From the NCBI GenBank assembly GCA_051294375.1, contig CM119267.1, positions 12,595,081 through 12,659,080 on the forward strand: a DNA stretch of 64,000 nucleotides, read 5' to 3'. The position numbers and the translations under genes are program-made. Of this stretch, positions 1-12,752 are shown piece by piece (the first letter of the stretch is position 1; every line of letters starts with the position of its first letter). Under the pieces are notes generated by a model, which saw nothing but the letters and a program-made list of their open reading frames with translations, was not told the origin of the DNA and did not search any database. The stretch is from Paraspadella gotoi. Lineage: Eukaryota; Animalia; Chaetognatha.

Positions 1-1201
1 CCAATCGGGCAAGGAGCAGGCGGAGGTTACCCTCCAAGAGCTCAAAATCATCAAATCTACATAACAGGCAAGAAATTGCCGATCTCAAAGGCCGCGTCTA
101 GGACTGCGAGGCCAACCTTGGATCAAAAATCGACGAGCTTCGCGGGATGATGCAACAAATGATGACCCAGGTCAGCAACAACAATCAGCGTCAACGAAAG
201 GCTCATAGGTCTTTCCCGAGCCCAATCTTGAAAGATTGTGAAAAAAAGCTGGGGTTTCGTAGGAGCATATTGGTAACTAGTAAGGGTTAACAACTTGCCT
301 TACCTTTCGCCTTACCCCTTACCTTTCTAGTCTTCAATCTATCCTTGATAACTCGTCACTAAACTCTCGAGGGAAAAAAGAAACGCCTCCTTGAAAGAAA
401 ATTTCCGACCACCCAGTTTCCCTCTCGAATCATCACAGCGATACTATTTCCTCTCGAAATATTCCTTCTTTTATTTTCTCAAATCTCGTTTAATCTCAGC
501 CCCCTCCCCCCACTGCTCAAGTGCTCATATACTCTCGTCCCCCATAATGACTTACCTTACTTCACCCTCCCCACCCCACCGCCCCTCTCTCCGCCTCGCA
601 GCAGCCGAGCGTCAGGCGGAATCGCGTCTTTGGAAATAAATCTGGGATTAAGTTTACTAAAACTCAATTAAGTTAACGATCCTCCTGTTTCATTCTCGCG
701 CTAACGAATCTCATTCAAAGACTTCGGGAAAAAAAAAGAACAACTTCTTCTCCCTCTGGGAGATTACGGCCGACGCATGCGCACGAGCGTTTCTTTTTTC
801 TTTTGGCCGATAATCGATAATCGATAATAGAAATCATCGTAAACAAGTAACCAAACCTACATGTAAATCGATGAAATTTCTCATTGTCTCTTTTGCGAAG
901 AACACATATTTAAAAAAAAACAAAAACAAATGTTTCCATTTGTGTCTCAAAAGTCTAGTTACTTATTCGTATTATAAATTAAATATTCCACAGCTTTAAC
1001 TGGATCATTAACTCAATCTTTTCATAAATAATGTGAACCAAACGTCTATTAATAAAAAAAAAAAAAAAAAAGAAAAAGAAAATTGCGGAAGAAAAAATCG
1101 GAGGACGAAAAGAATTCGCGATGCAATTTCTTTTTTCTTTTTCTTTTTTTTCCTCCTAACCCTTATGAATATGAAACTCTCGACCAACCGGAGAGCAACC
1201 G

Positions 1202-1292
<91 letters not shown>

Positions 1293-1429
1293 CGGTTATC
1301 TCCAAGCCTTTTCCCTCTCATTGATCCGAGCGCGGAAAATGGTTTTCATTTTTGTCTGGAATCATTCTTCGGAAATTTCCGCGCGTGGTCATTATGTCGA
1401 CGTGAAGGGGCGAGGGGGAGTGAAAATGG

Positions 1430-1510
1430 TTGCGGGGGGAGGCCAGACGGTGGCGGGGGAGGCCAGACGGTGGAGGGGGGAGGCCAGACGTGGCGGGGGA
1501 GGCCAGACGC
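1430..1510 (+). repeat. G-rich ~20-bp tandem repeat x4
   Basis: ggcgggggaggccagacggt units. Confidence 0.9.
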
Positions 1511-1789
1511 CGACGCAGAACGCTGTGGTGAATAACGTAACGTTTAAGTAGATTTAAAAATTACAAAGATTCGTAAAAATATTTTATTTTTAAATTACCT
1601 TCGAACTATTATCGCTTCTCTTTCTCTCCCCTAGATGCGTCACATTTCTTTTGTTAAAGGGGTGGTTTGTTTGTTATCCTTAATTAATTAGTAGTAGAAG
1701 CTCGCCTATATGCCTTCTCATATTCTGACATGATAAGAATAACAATATCTTTTAAGAGAAAATAATAATCACTTGGGTAACTTTCATAC

Positions 1790-2900
1790 TTTTAGTCGGA
1801 TCTGCTTATCAGCAGATTCCGACTCTAAATTCACTTTGTCGGTCCGTCGGTCCGCCCCCTCAATCTTGTCGGGCATTAATTTAAATATGTCAGGACATCA
1901 AGTTATGATAAATTATGCAAAAAAAATGCTGTCTGTCCGTCCGTCTGTCCGTCCCCCCTTAGCAATAAACTCCAATCACTCGTGATTGAATGGTTGGATA
2001 GAAATAAAATTTTGTGTGTGGGTAGTAAATTGAATGATTGAATTGGATATAAAATTCCAATGGAATCATGCGTATGGAAATGAGTTTAAAAGAAAAAAAC
2101 ATAAGTCACGTTTATTTAAATATTTTTACTTAGATGACCTCATAATTACTCTAATTAATCATAATTAGATTATTGGATTTAGATGATATTTTGTCTGTGT
2201 GAAAGACATTAAGTGATTGAACTGAATATAAAGTTTAAATAGAATCGTACGAGTGAAAATAAGTTTAAATGGAAAAAAACAACTTTAACTAAATTGACTT
2301 TTATTTAATTCTTTATTTTATTTTAAAGTTTCTCTCTCTCTCTCTCTCTCAGATAAAATGATAGATTGGTAGATAATCAGTTGTTTGAATGATTGATTGA
2401 TAGATTTTCATTACATAAATTATTAATTATCATCACAACTACTATTATCGCATCAATCAATAAATATCAATCAATATCAATAAATCCTTAACATCGCTTC
2501 TATGAAGGACTATAATATAATCAATGAATGACTATTATTTTATTAATGCAAGTTAAAAAATTATACAAATTAAAAAAATTATACAAGTTTAAAAAATTAT
2601 GTTTGTTTAAAAAATAATGCAAGATAAAAAAATGCAAATTCAAAAAGTTGTTAATTTTTATGCAAGTTGAAAAAAATTATGCAAGTTTGAAAAATTATAC
2701 AAGTTGAAAAAAATATGTAAAATAAAAAAATTATACAATTTCAAAAAATTATGCTTGTTTAAAAAATAATGCAAGTTAAAAAAAATAATGCAAATAGAAA
2801 AAATTGTTAAATTTGAAAAAAATTATGCAAGTTGAAAAAATTATGAATGTTAAAAATTATCGTGCTTATCATCTGTTTAGCTGATTACCGCTAAATTATC
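1790..2900 (+). mobile_element. Helentron-associated (DINE-1/HINE-like) element, 3' end in gap
   Basis: TT start, subTIR gtcggatctgc with adjacent inverted copy, (GTCY)n tract, ~150-bp and ~20-bp internal tandem repeats. Confidence 0.75.
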
Positions 2901-2929
2901 NNNNNNNNNNAATTATGCAAAAAAAAAAC

Positions 2930-4505
2930 TTAATTAAGATTTTTCTACGATTCTCTTCATTTTTTTTCATCTTCGCAGCTGCTGAACACTTTTTTCCTTC
3001 GAAAATTCATTTTTCATAGTTTCGTAATTTTAATTTAATTCGTTCACATTTTTCATTTAATGGTTTACTGTTGAAAATTTTCGCGAGGAAAGTCTCGCTT
3101 GTTCTTTCTTATCTTTCTCTCGTCTCTCTCCCTCTCTCTCTCTCCTCTCTTCTTCTCTCATCTGCTCTCTCTCTCTGCTCATCTCTCTCTGTCTCTCTCT
3201 TGTATCTCGGGCGTGGTTTGTCGCGCAACATTTATGCCTTGTGAAAGAATTAATTATTAATGAGCTCTTTCGTTAATGAAGTAATTATTTTTCCCGAGAT
3301 TGAGATTGAGATTTATTTCATAAAAACAAAATTAAAACTATAATATATATATTGGTTGTACCAATTTCATAAACAAAGATTTTTCACGAAATAACAACAC
3401 TTCACATTTTTCCGGGATTTACAGTGGATTCGTTCTGATAGAAAATTGAGCCTTTTCGGTGAGAGAGAGAGAGANNNNNNNNNNNNNNNNNNNNNNNNNA
3501 AGAGAGAGATGTATAAATGAGTAGAAAATTATCAAGGTCATAGTAGTATATATCTTGTTTAGAATAAAATATGGCGCCAGAGTTAAGTAAAAATAGTGCA
3601 GGAGAGTTGTGGATGATATTAGATGATGTATGAGAAAAGATTTAGAATATTGGGAATTATGAAGTTAAAAGAGTAGAGTGCGTGGCTTATCATGGCGTTG
3701 GACATAGAGTAGTAGATAGGTAATATTATCGTAAAGCAGAGAGATATGGTTGATCACAAACTGTTCCTGCATCTCTGCTCTCTCTCTCTCGTCTGCTCTG
3801 TCATGCTTCTCTGCGTGTGCTCGGTCCAAGCAGAGTAGTTCTATTAGTCTCTCTCTCTCCCATCCCTCCCGCCCTAGTCTCCTCAGATGCACTTTTGGAT
3901 CGAGGCGTGTGTTCTCCGTCTATCTTTCTTATGTCGCATTTTCTCGCCTTTACGGAGAGGAATTAAATTAATTAAGATTTTCTCACGATCTCTTCATTTT
4001 TTTTCATCTTCCGCAGCTGCTGAACACTTTTTTTCCTTCGAAAATTCATTTTTCATAGTTTCGTAATTTAATTTAATTCGTTCACATTTTTCATTTAATG
4101 GTTTACTTTGAAAATTTTCGCGAGGAAAGTCTCGCTTGTGATCTTTCTCTCTCTCTCCCCTCTCTCTCTCTCCTCTCTCTCTCTCTCTTCTCTCTCTCTC
4201 CTCTCTCTCTCTCCTGTCTCTCTCTTTTCTCGGCGGTTTTCGCCAACATTTATGGCCTTGTGAAAGAATTAATTATTAATGAGCTCTTTCGTTAATGAAG
4301 TAATTATTTTTCCAGAGATTGAGATTGAGATTTATTCATAAAAACAAAATTAAAACTATAATATATATATGTGGTTGTACCAATTTCATAAAAAAGATTT
4401 TTCACGAAATAACAACACTTCACATTTTTCCGGGATTTACAGTGGATTCGTTCTGAATAGAAAATTGAGCCTTTTCGGTGAGAGAGAGAGAGAGAGAGAG
4501 AGAGA
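2930..4505 (+). repeat. ~540-bp duplication next to N-gaps (2930-3474 vs 3968-4505)
   Basis: Near-identical copies differing by indels; the first is bounded by gaps, so probably an assembly artefact. Confidence 0.8.
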
Positions 4506-5564
4506 GGTTTCACTATTTCATTTTACTTAGTTTCATACTCCTCGAAAATTTCTTCGGTCGCTGACCTTTCTCATAGTGGTCATCGTCGTCATCGTCGTCA
4601 TCGTCGTTTTCGATCCGGTTTTGATTTCATCCAAATCCAAAGAAATAAGCGGAAAATTGCGCGAACGAAGGAAAGAGAAAGGAAGAGAGGGAAAGAAGAA
4701 AGGAGAGCAGAAGAAAAGGAGGAAATGAGAGAAGGAGATTGAATTTTGAAGGTGGAATAAGAGTTAGACGTTATTTTAATTGAAAAGGAGTAATTGTTGG
4801 ACACTCGAAGACATCAAACATCAAACTAAAAATAAAACTTGGTTTCGATGGATGTGGCACTCGTCTGGTCACGTGAACGAATAAAAAACTGGTACTATTT
4901 CATGAAGTGTCTTCGCATGCACAGGTAAAAGTTAGAACATAAGAAGAAAAAAAACTACACATGAAACCTCAAACGAAATGGTAATATTTCTATGAAATGA
5001 AATGAATTTTTCATTTCGCAATCACTGATTGGCTCTAAGAGGAACTCGGGAATGTCTCGCCAGTAAGGCTTTCGCGAGTGACGATAAATCGGGGCGTGGC
5101 TCTTTAATGGTTTCCGCTCACGGATTTGTCGCCGTTTGACGTCTGAATAACAAGTTAGACCCCCCTTTCGGCCTGGCTCAGTCCGGTTCCTTTCTCTACC
5201 TTTGGCGGGATTTTGGTAGAATTCGGTAGAATTCGTGCGAAAAGAGACTCTCTCTCTCTCTCTCTCTCAGCGAAGAAACCAAGGATCGGCCAAATGAAAA
5301 CAAATTTGCGGCATAAAAACGCGGAAGCCGCGAGAAAAACCGCTTTTTGATGGGGGAGTAGTGGGAGGGCGGAAAAGGGGCGTGGTTTTCTTGGCGATAT
5401 TACGAGACGCGGTTGATTTACGAGTCCCGGATGAGCGAAGATGGGGAAAAAGCGAGAAAAAAATAAAGGGAAAAATAATAAGAAACATTTAGTCAAGACG
5501 AATCTGTATCAGTTGAAGAAAAATAAGATGCTTCTCCTCTCTACTTTTCTGTCGGTCAACTTCA

Positions 5565-5762
5565 AATGACCGGATATTTTTTAGTGATTGAACCTGACCT
5601 TTTAAGGTTAATATTTACTTGTAGGCTGACTTAAAAAGTAGTTATTCTATGTCTTGATCGAATCAAGTTAGCGTCTGCCCGTTGAAGTAAAGTTTCGACG
5701 AGTTTTTTGATGATATTAATACTAATAAAACGAATATTATCCAAAAGATTCTCGTCGTACTC
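5565..5762. repeat. Unclassified interspersed repeat (inverted copy at ~26386-26563)
   Basis: tgattgaacctgacctttt...cttgtaggctgactt...gcgtctgcccgtt...ctcgtcgtactct matches in reverse complement. Confidence 0.75.
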
Positions 5763-5867
5763 TTTATCACTCAAATCAAATTGAATATAGCCTGAAACGG
5801 ATTCGGAAGGTTAAGCTCATGACGACTCAAAAAAATGTATTCACTTCATCTTTTTTTTCCTAGCCGT

Positions 5868-6150
5868 TATGGTGGACCAAAATCCACCAACCATTCATTA
5901 GCGGCCATTGGTGTCGGAGGCAAGTCATTTGCCTTCCAACCTAAAGGTCCGGTGTTCTAGCCCTGTGATCACCTAGCATTTAAGAGGGACGGGGCGCTTA
6001 ACCCGCCTGTAACACGGTGTAACAACCTGATCCGAAGCTCAGGGACTGCTTATATTGAACAATTCTGTCACTAACACATAACAATATTTCTTGTCTCTTC
6101 ATTGGTGAGCCCGACTTCCGAACACCACACCAACAACAACACTTTCAGGC
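5868..6150 (+). mobile_element. TRIM 5' LTR + PBS + truncated internal region
   Basis: LTR 5868-6101, PBS tggtgagcccgac from 6103, internal region breaks off at ~6150. Confidence 0.85.
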
Positions 6151-6926
6151 ATACACACTTTTTTATTAGGCTTGAACTACGCAAAAGAAAAAAGGGGAAT
6201 GTACTTTTCTTAGCGTAAATAAAAAAATAGTACATTCTGGCAATGAGTAACTTTAATATCTTGTTAATTTTTTTAAAATTTTTCTCATTATATATCTTGA
6301 TCTTTTCTTTCTTCTCTCATCATCTCATCTTTCTCAGTCTCTTTCTCCTCTATCTGTTTTCTCTCTCTCTCCTGTCCTTTTTCTCTCTCTCATCTCTCAT
6401 CCTCTCTACTTCTCTCTTCTCTATCTAGTCTCTCTCTCTCCTCTCTCTCTCTCTCTCTTTGTCTCTCTCTCTCTCTCTCTTCTCCCTCTTCTCTCTGTAT
6501 CTCTCTCGTCTCTCTCTCTCTCGTTACCTCTCCTCTCTCATCTCTCGTCTGCTCTCTCTCTCTCATACTATTTTTCTCCCATTCTTCCGTGGCCCGTCAA
6601 CCCTCAACCCTTCTCCCCTTCCCGCTTTTATGACGCTCAACTTCAACGGGTTCGACCCGTAAGTCAATGACCCCATAATTCCTTCGCTTTCCTCCCATGA
6701 CCTTGCGCAAATCGACGAACCTTACCCGAAAATCCATTGTTGCCATTAATTTTGTAGGGTAAAAAGTACAAAACTGAGTAAATTTACTTTACAGTAACTA
6801 TATACAAAATAAGCTGACTGGGCTACTATATTTATAAAAAAAGAAAAATAATTACAGATTAGTATTCACTAATATGATAGTTTTCAAGATATAACTTTTG
6901 ATTCCAAACTTTCACTTCACCCTACT

Positions 6927-8209
6927 GTTCATCTTCCTCACAGTCTTGCCTCAGCAAACTGGGTTTTTGTGCTCCGCGGCCAACAGGGTCACTCGCTAGC
7001 TACGCCCTACTTGGGCCCTTACAAAGTAGTCTCAAGAGATGACAAGACCTTCACAGTGGACATCCCCGGCCGAGGACAAGAGAAGATCTCCATCGACAGG
7101 ATCAAGCCAGCAACAACAGAACCGGATGTCCAACCAACACCTCCAGCAGCCCCACGAAGAGGACGACCACCAGCAGCAACAGGCGAGTCGTTTCCTAGGG
7201 GGGAGGGTCAAACAAATATTAGAACAAGAGTCAGTCCAGCGGCCGACTCCACTCATTCCCAACATTTATATCCTCAGGCGGCCCAACCTCATCAGCAACG
7301 TCAACAAGAACCTCCACAGCAACAGCAACAACGGCCATCACAAAAACAATCCACTCAACAACCAACACGACTTCAACCTCAAAGACAAGCACGTGCAAGA
7401 CAATACCATCGTCTGGGTTCTGAAGGAAAAGATATATATTGTATTAGATGTCTAAGATCTATCAGTCATTCGCGAGATCCGTTATTGTTAGATAACCGGT
7501 TATCAGCACTATCACTAAATCATCACCAGTTGGTCACTGTTACGATTAATCACAACTTGCCTAACAGCAAGTAATCATCAAAAACAAAATCATCAACAGC
7601 TGGTTATTTTCATGATTTAACCAAGCTTGCCTAATAGCAAGCAATCATCATAACAAATCATTTTTCCTATCTCCCTACTTCCTTTTTGTAAAATTTCTTC
7701 CCAAACTATTTTTTTTTGAGAAGAGATATATGTAAATATTTATTGTAGAAGACAAACCCCTTTTTAGTGGGTCCCCATAATTGTTTCTCCTAGACCTTAT
7801 TGTTTGCCCAAATATTCCCCCAAGGAGAAACAATATTGTAAAGTACTTTGTTCCTTAACTAGTAGTTCAAGTCACCTCAACTGTAAATAAGGTAAGTTCG
7901 AACCCCTAAGGTCCGAACTTGAGGGGGGGATGAGGCGACTTACCACCGGTCTCTCTCTCTAAACCCTTCCTCTCTCCTCTTTCTTCGAGCCGGTCTATTC
8001 CACACGGTCATTTTGCCCTAGCTTTGGCAATGACCTTAGATTGACTAGACACAGTAATAGGGCCGAGGCGATCGTAAGGTCAAGTTGGTCCGGGCGATGA
8101 TAAAAGTGGATCAGGAGAGAGCTAGTCTCACTTCTTTTCTACTTCTCTTACATCGTCACAATTCTTCACCTTCTCCTCACTTTTATTTTTATTATTTTCG
8201 TCTACTACA
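6927..8209 (+). mobile_element. Ty3/Gypsy 3' remnant: integrase C-terminus, 3' UTR, PPT, 3' LTR
   Basis: VHLPHSLASANWVFVLR...PYLGPYKVVSRDDKTFTVDIPGRGQEKISIDRIKPA is a GPY/F integrase tail resembling the CsRN1/Kabuki clade; PPT gaggggggga 7921-7930; LTR TG...ACA 7931-8209. Confidence 0.85.
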
Positions 8210-8315
8210 AGTTGAAACATGTCCGTTTAAAGAAATAAACTTCGTTGTTTGTAAACAAAAACAAACTTTGTATTCTCTCTCAATTTAAAAATGTAACGAA
8301 ACGAAAGTTCTTTTA
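8210..8315 (+). mobile_element. Penelope-type pLTR fragment (3' half of hammerhead + tail)
   Basis: gaaacatgtccgt-aataaa-ttcgttg-aaactttg...aacgaaacgaaag, matching the arms at 43160 and 53860; the 5' core has been replaced by the Gypsy LTR. Confidence 0.6.
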
Positions 8316-10256
8316 CTATGTTTATAAAATAGTAAATTAAAAAAAAAATTTTGAACTTTTAAACTTTTAATAAAGATTTAGGTTCTTCATAAAAAGTTAA
8401 ATCAAAAATATAAAATATGTTATAATAAATTCTGTCATCTTCAGCATTTAAAACGGGAAAAAAGGTAAAAATTCTTAACTTTTTATTCTCTGTAATAGAA
8501 ACTTACATATGTTAAAACATTTTAGTCATTTTTTGCGGTCTAAACATGAAAATATCATATAACATATTTTATAAACGTTTCTTATTTTTTTACGGAAAAT
8601 CCAAATTTGTTTTTAAAAATAAAAAAAATATTTTGAAATTTAATAATTTTATAAGGATATTACTACATGAATAATTAATTAAATAATTAAATTTACTATT
8701 ATGCTATCACAGATGAATGAAACCCGGAAACAGAGGAAAGGATTAAGGAAGAGGATTCCGGAAGAGGAAGAAGATTCTAGAATGATTTCGAATATGATTT
8801 TGGTGTGGCGGTATATTCACACCGCCTCACGTCCACCATCCTTCAGCCAAATCCATTGGCTCAGAGGGGGAACACACCACACCATCCATGCGTAGTGTTC
8901 CATCCACAGTCCTAACGACTTCCCTCTGCGTTGGCAAAGCGAGATCGTCCTAGGATAACCGCGCCAGTGACTGGAAGCGTTACTGAGGGTCGGAAGCCCC
9001 AAGCCAACAGTGAGATGCCCCATCCCAATGGGCATCACAGGCAACCCGGCTGTTGCCATATTGGAAGGATTTATTTTTTTTTAATTACATATCCATAGGC
9101 AGCAAAAAAATAATGTTCAATCGCTCAATCTTTTCATCACTCCACCCTACTAATTAACCAAAGAGGCTTCTTATCAATCTTATGAATTCATTTTATTCTC
9201 GTGTAATCGCATAATTATCTTGAAATACGCCCATAAAAGAAAGTTTTTGTTGCGCAACACTTTAATATTGACGGTTCTTGTTTCTCTCCGCCCCGTCCTT
9301 TCTTTTTCCGCCCATTTTCCGTTTCGCCATTACGCCTTTATTTTCGTCACCCGGTCTTTGTTTATTATTTGTTTGTTTGTTTTTCTTTGTATTTTCCTCT
9401 GCTTACGTTGCGCGGGAAACGTCGCCGGTTAAACGGGGGCGATCGACATGTTTCTTCGTTGTCGGCGACGTTAGTTGCCATGGCGAAGGGGAAAGGGATG
9501 ATGGGAGGGTGGTTGTCGTCTTCGTCGCCGTCGTTCCTTTCAAAAATTTACCCACTATTGGTGAGGTTTCACATCAATTTAACTGTTATATACTATGTAT
9601 GTATCGTAATGCTCTTTTGTTTCATTTTTTAACCTGAAAAAAAGAATATTAAAAGCCATTTTTCGCTCCCGTTCTCCTTTTGAAATTAACCGAACTCTTT
9701 CGTACTTTCTCTATATCTCCCTCTCTCGTCAAGTGGTTCCCCTTTTCGCCGGCGATCACGTGACCCGTGAGATTGCGGCGTCGTCGGGCGCAGGAAATGG
9801 GAATCAATTCGAGACGATCGATTCGACGCCGGCCCGGCCGGCTTTAGATTCCACGCCGGATCTGTGGGATCCCGGCGTCGAAATCGTTCTAGTCCCGGCG
9901 ACGTAAGCCCTCCGGTTAACGATTTCCGGTCGGACGACTTGAGGTAACGAGGCTTGTAATTCGGGGCCACGCCCACCAATTTTGTCGCTGCCGGAAATAA
10001 GATCCGAAATTCTTTTTCCACTTGCGTCGTTGGTGGGGATTATTTTTCGCGAGAGGTGAGTGTACGTACAACTGATCGTCGATAAAATACAGAGAAAAGG
10101 TTATGTTAACTAGGGGGACGTTTGGGGTTGATGGGAGCTGGGGCATCTCACCATTTCACTGGCGTGCTTAATGTTTATACCTGCACCATCACACTTCAAC
10201 CAGCGTGTCCGTGACAGGATTAATCCCGGAATTTAAATTTGGCAAGCGGTAGTTCA

Positions 10257-10680
10257 CAGATCTGGTCAAAAAAAGTTTAATAGTTATGCTAAAAACATTT
10301 TATTTCATTATTTGAAGGAAAATGATACTTTTTAGGACTCAGTTAGTTATTACATTGTCGGACCATCATTTTCTTCCAACACCGCTTCCATGCGACAAGG
10401 GAGAGAGTCATAGAGGCTGCGCAAATATGAAGGGTTCAGCTTCCCCAAATGCATTTTAAAATTGTCTTCATTTTGTTAACTGTTATGGCGTTGTACTGCA
10501 AAATGTCATCCTTGACCAGACACTTTCGATGATGTTGGTGTCAGGTGAGTTTTCGGGCCAACCTTCGAGCTCCTTAATCCCGTTTTCCTCCTGACTTTTT
10601 TGGGTGGCTTTGGCTTTGTATCAAGGAGATCCATCCTCCATGAAAAGCCGCCCATTCACTGTTAAATGACTGACAACAAT
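10257..10680 (-). pseudogene. Tc1-family transposase C-terminal remnant
   Basis: Minus-strand FMEDGSP*YKAK...WPENSPDTNIIE...LRSLYDSLPCRMEAVLEENDGPTM* with an internal stop; TIR-like cagatctggtcaaaaaaagttt at ~10257. Confidence 0.85.
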
Positions 10681-10797
10681 TCCTCTTCTCTCCATTTTTT
10701 TCTCAACTGGCTTGCAGAATCCCTACGGTCTTGAATTGCCAGACTTTCCAGGTAATTATCCTTGCTCTCAATAAACATGCAAGGCCGTCTGATCCCA

Positions 10798-11700
10798 ATT
10801 AATTAATTAATTAATTCAAGTTAATTAATTAATTAATGTCGTGGTTAGTGACGAAAAGACTTAAAACAATCTATTAATTAATTTGATCCGAAATGTTTGT
10901 TTTTAAGTCTTTTCGTCAATAACCACGACAAAAGCAATGACGACGATGAGAATAATGCCGATAATGATTGACTTGATTGATTGATTGATTGAATAATTAA
11001 TTAATAGATAAATAAATTGATTGATTGAATACTTAAATAATAGATAAATAAATTGATTAAGTATTTATTAATTAATTGACTAATTGAATAATTAACTGAA
11101 TTATTATTAGATTAATTAATACATCTTGCATTTATATTTAATAGAAAAAGAAAAAGAAGCATAATTAATTAGTGAAACTAATTTTTTTTTCCATTATAAC
11201 TCATTTCCACTTAAACGATTCCATTGAAACTTGATTTTCACCTCAATCACACACTTTCCTACCCTCATACAAAATATCAGGTCAATCACCCCATTCACTC
11301 ATGAGTAATTAGTGTTTAAAGAGTGAAATATATTTTTTTTTCCATTTAATCTCATTTCCACTCGGACGATTCCATTGAAACTTCATATCCGGTTCCATCA
11401 CACACTTCCCCACCCACACACAAAATTTCATTCAATCACGAGTAATAGGTGTTTTTTGCTCAGGTGGGACGTAAGGATGGACGGACAGACCGACAGATGG
11501 ATGGACAGATATTTTTTGCATAATTTATCCATAATGTGGTATTCCTTTCGTTTCGTTGTGTTATTGTAGTACAAATCTAAACTTTGTTTTCGCTAAAAGC
11601 TTAATTTATCATAATTCGATGTTCTGACATGATATAAGTGAATGCCCGACAAGATTGAGGGGGCGGACCGACGGACCAACAAAGTGAATTATATGGTCGA
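10798..11700 (-). mobile_element. HINE-like element, degenerate ends
   Basis: Reverse-complement homology to the 1790/18118 family body. Confidence 0.7.
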
Positions 11701-12328
11701 AAAATAAAGTTGAGCTCCTGGCGATTCAAAAAATTTATTTACTTTAAACATTTGATGCATTCTATGCCACTTTATATGGTTTGAATTATAATATAAAATA
11801 AAAAAACCTATCTGAAGAGTTGTCAAACGAAAAAGCCAATCCATCTGATATTTTTTATGAATTTTCTATTACTGAATTAGAAAAAATGTAATAGAGAGAC
11901 AGTGAAAAAGATTGATCCCCTATAAAGTAAACCACGCTTGAGTTGTTGTTGCAAAATGTGAATTTCGGTACTGTACTCGGGAAAAATTTGAATTTTCTAT
12001 TGCTAAACATGGTCTACTACTTTTTTTTTTCAATTCGTTCCGTTTGCTGGCCGCAGCTTTGAAAAAACGAAATATGCAAATTAGTCGCCGCCGACAGATC
12101 ATTTCATTAAGATTTTGAGCTTAAATTTTGTTTTTAATTGACAACGTTTTATATCATAGTTTAGAAGATAAAAAATAATTAAGGGATTATAATAAAGCTT
12201 TAAGAATAATACCTAGCTAAATATATTAATAAAACTATTTTTAAACCATTAATCCTTCTTTTATATAAGACTCCCATTAAATATTATTAAAAAATAATAG
12301 TTGATTTGAGGTGGATGAGATGAGAGAA

Positions 12329-12752
12329 TGATGAACGGTTGGTGGATTTTAGTCCACCATACATCCCCCCCTCCTGTAGGGAGAAGTCTGTTGCGTCTCT
12401 TCAGTGAATTGTTGTTGGCGGAAAGTTCGTCACCAAGATGAGGAATGTCGCCTGATGTGTTGTGGGCGGAAAGTGCATCGCCAGGTTGAGGCATGTCGCC
12501 TGAAAATGTTGTTGTTGCTCTTGTGTTCGGAAGTCGGGCTCTCCAATGAATTATTGTTATGTTTTAGTGATAGAACCGTTCATTATAAGCAGTCCCTGAG
12601 CTTCGGATAAGGCTGTAACACCGAGTTACAGTCGGGTTAAGCGCTCGGCGGCCACTGGGCTAGAACCCTGGACCTTTGGGTTGGGAGGCGAATGACTTCC
12701 CTCCGGCACCAATGGCCGCTGAGGAACGGTTGGTTGATTTTAGTCCACCATA
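12329..12752 (-). mobile_element. TRIM: 5' LTR, PBS, internal region, PPT, 33-bp 3' LTR stub
   Basis: 5' LTR 12752-12547 (two small deletions); PPT ggaggggggga then TG then TATGG at 12361; the 3' LTR stops immediately before the tRNA-like module. Confidence 0.85.

Noticed and set aside
1033-1551. Long ORFs rich in SL/ER/TT runs (also 28622-29086, 33007-33341, 34370-35005, 45313-46008)
   Set aside because: Stop-free by virtue of microsatellites or tandem repeats; no domain signal.
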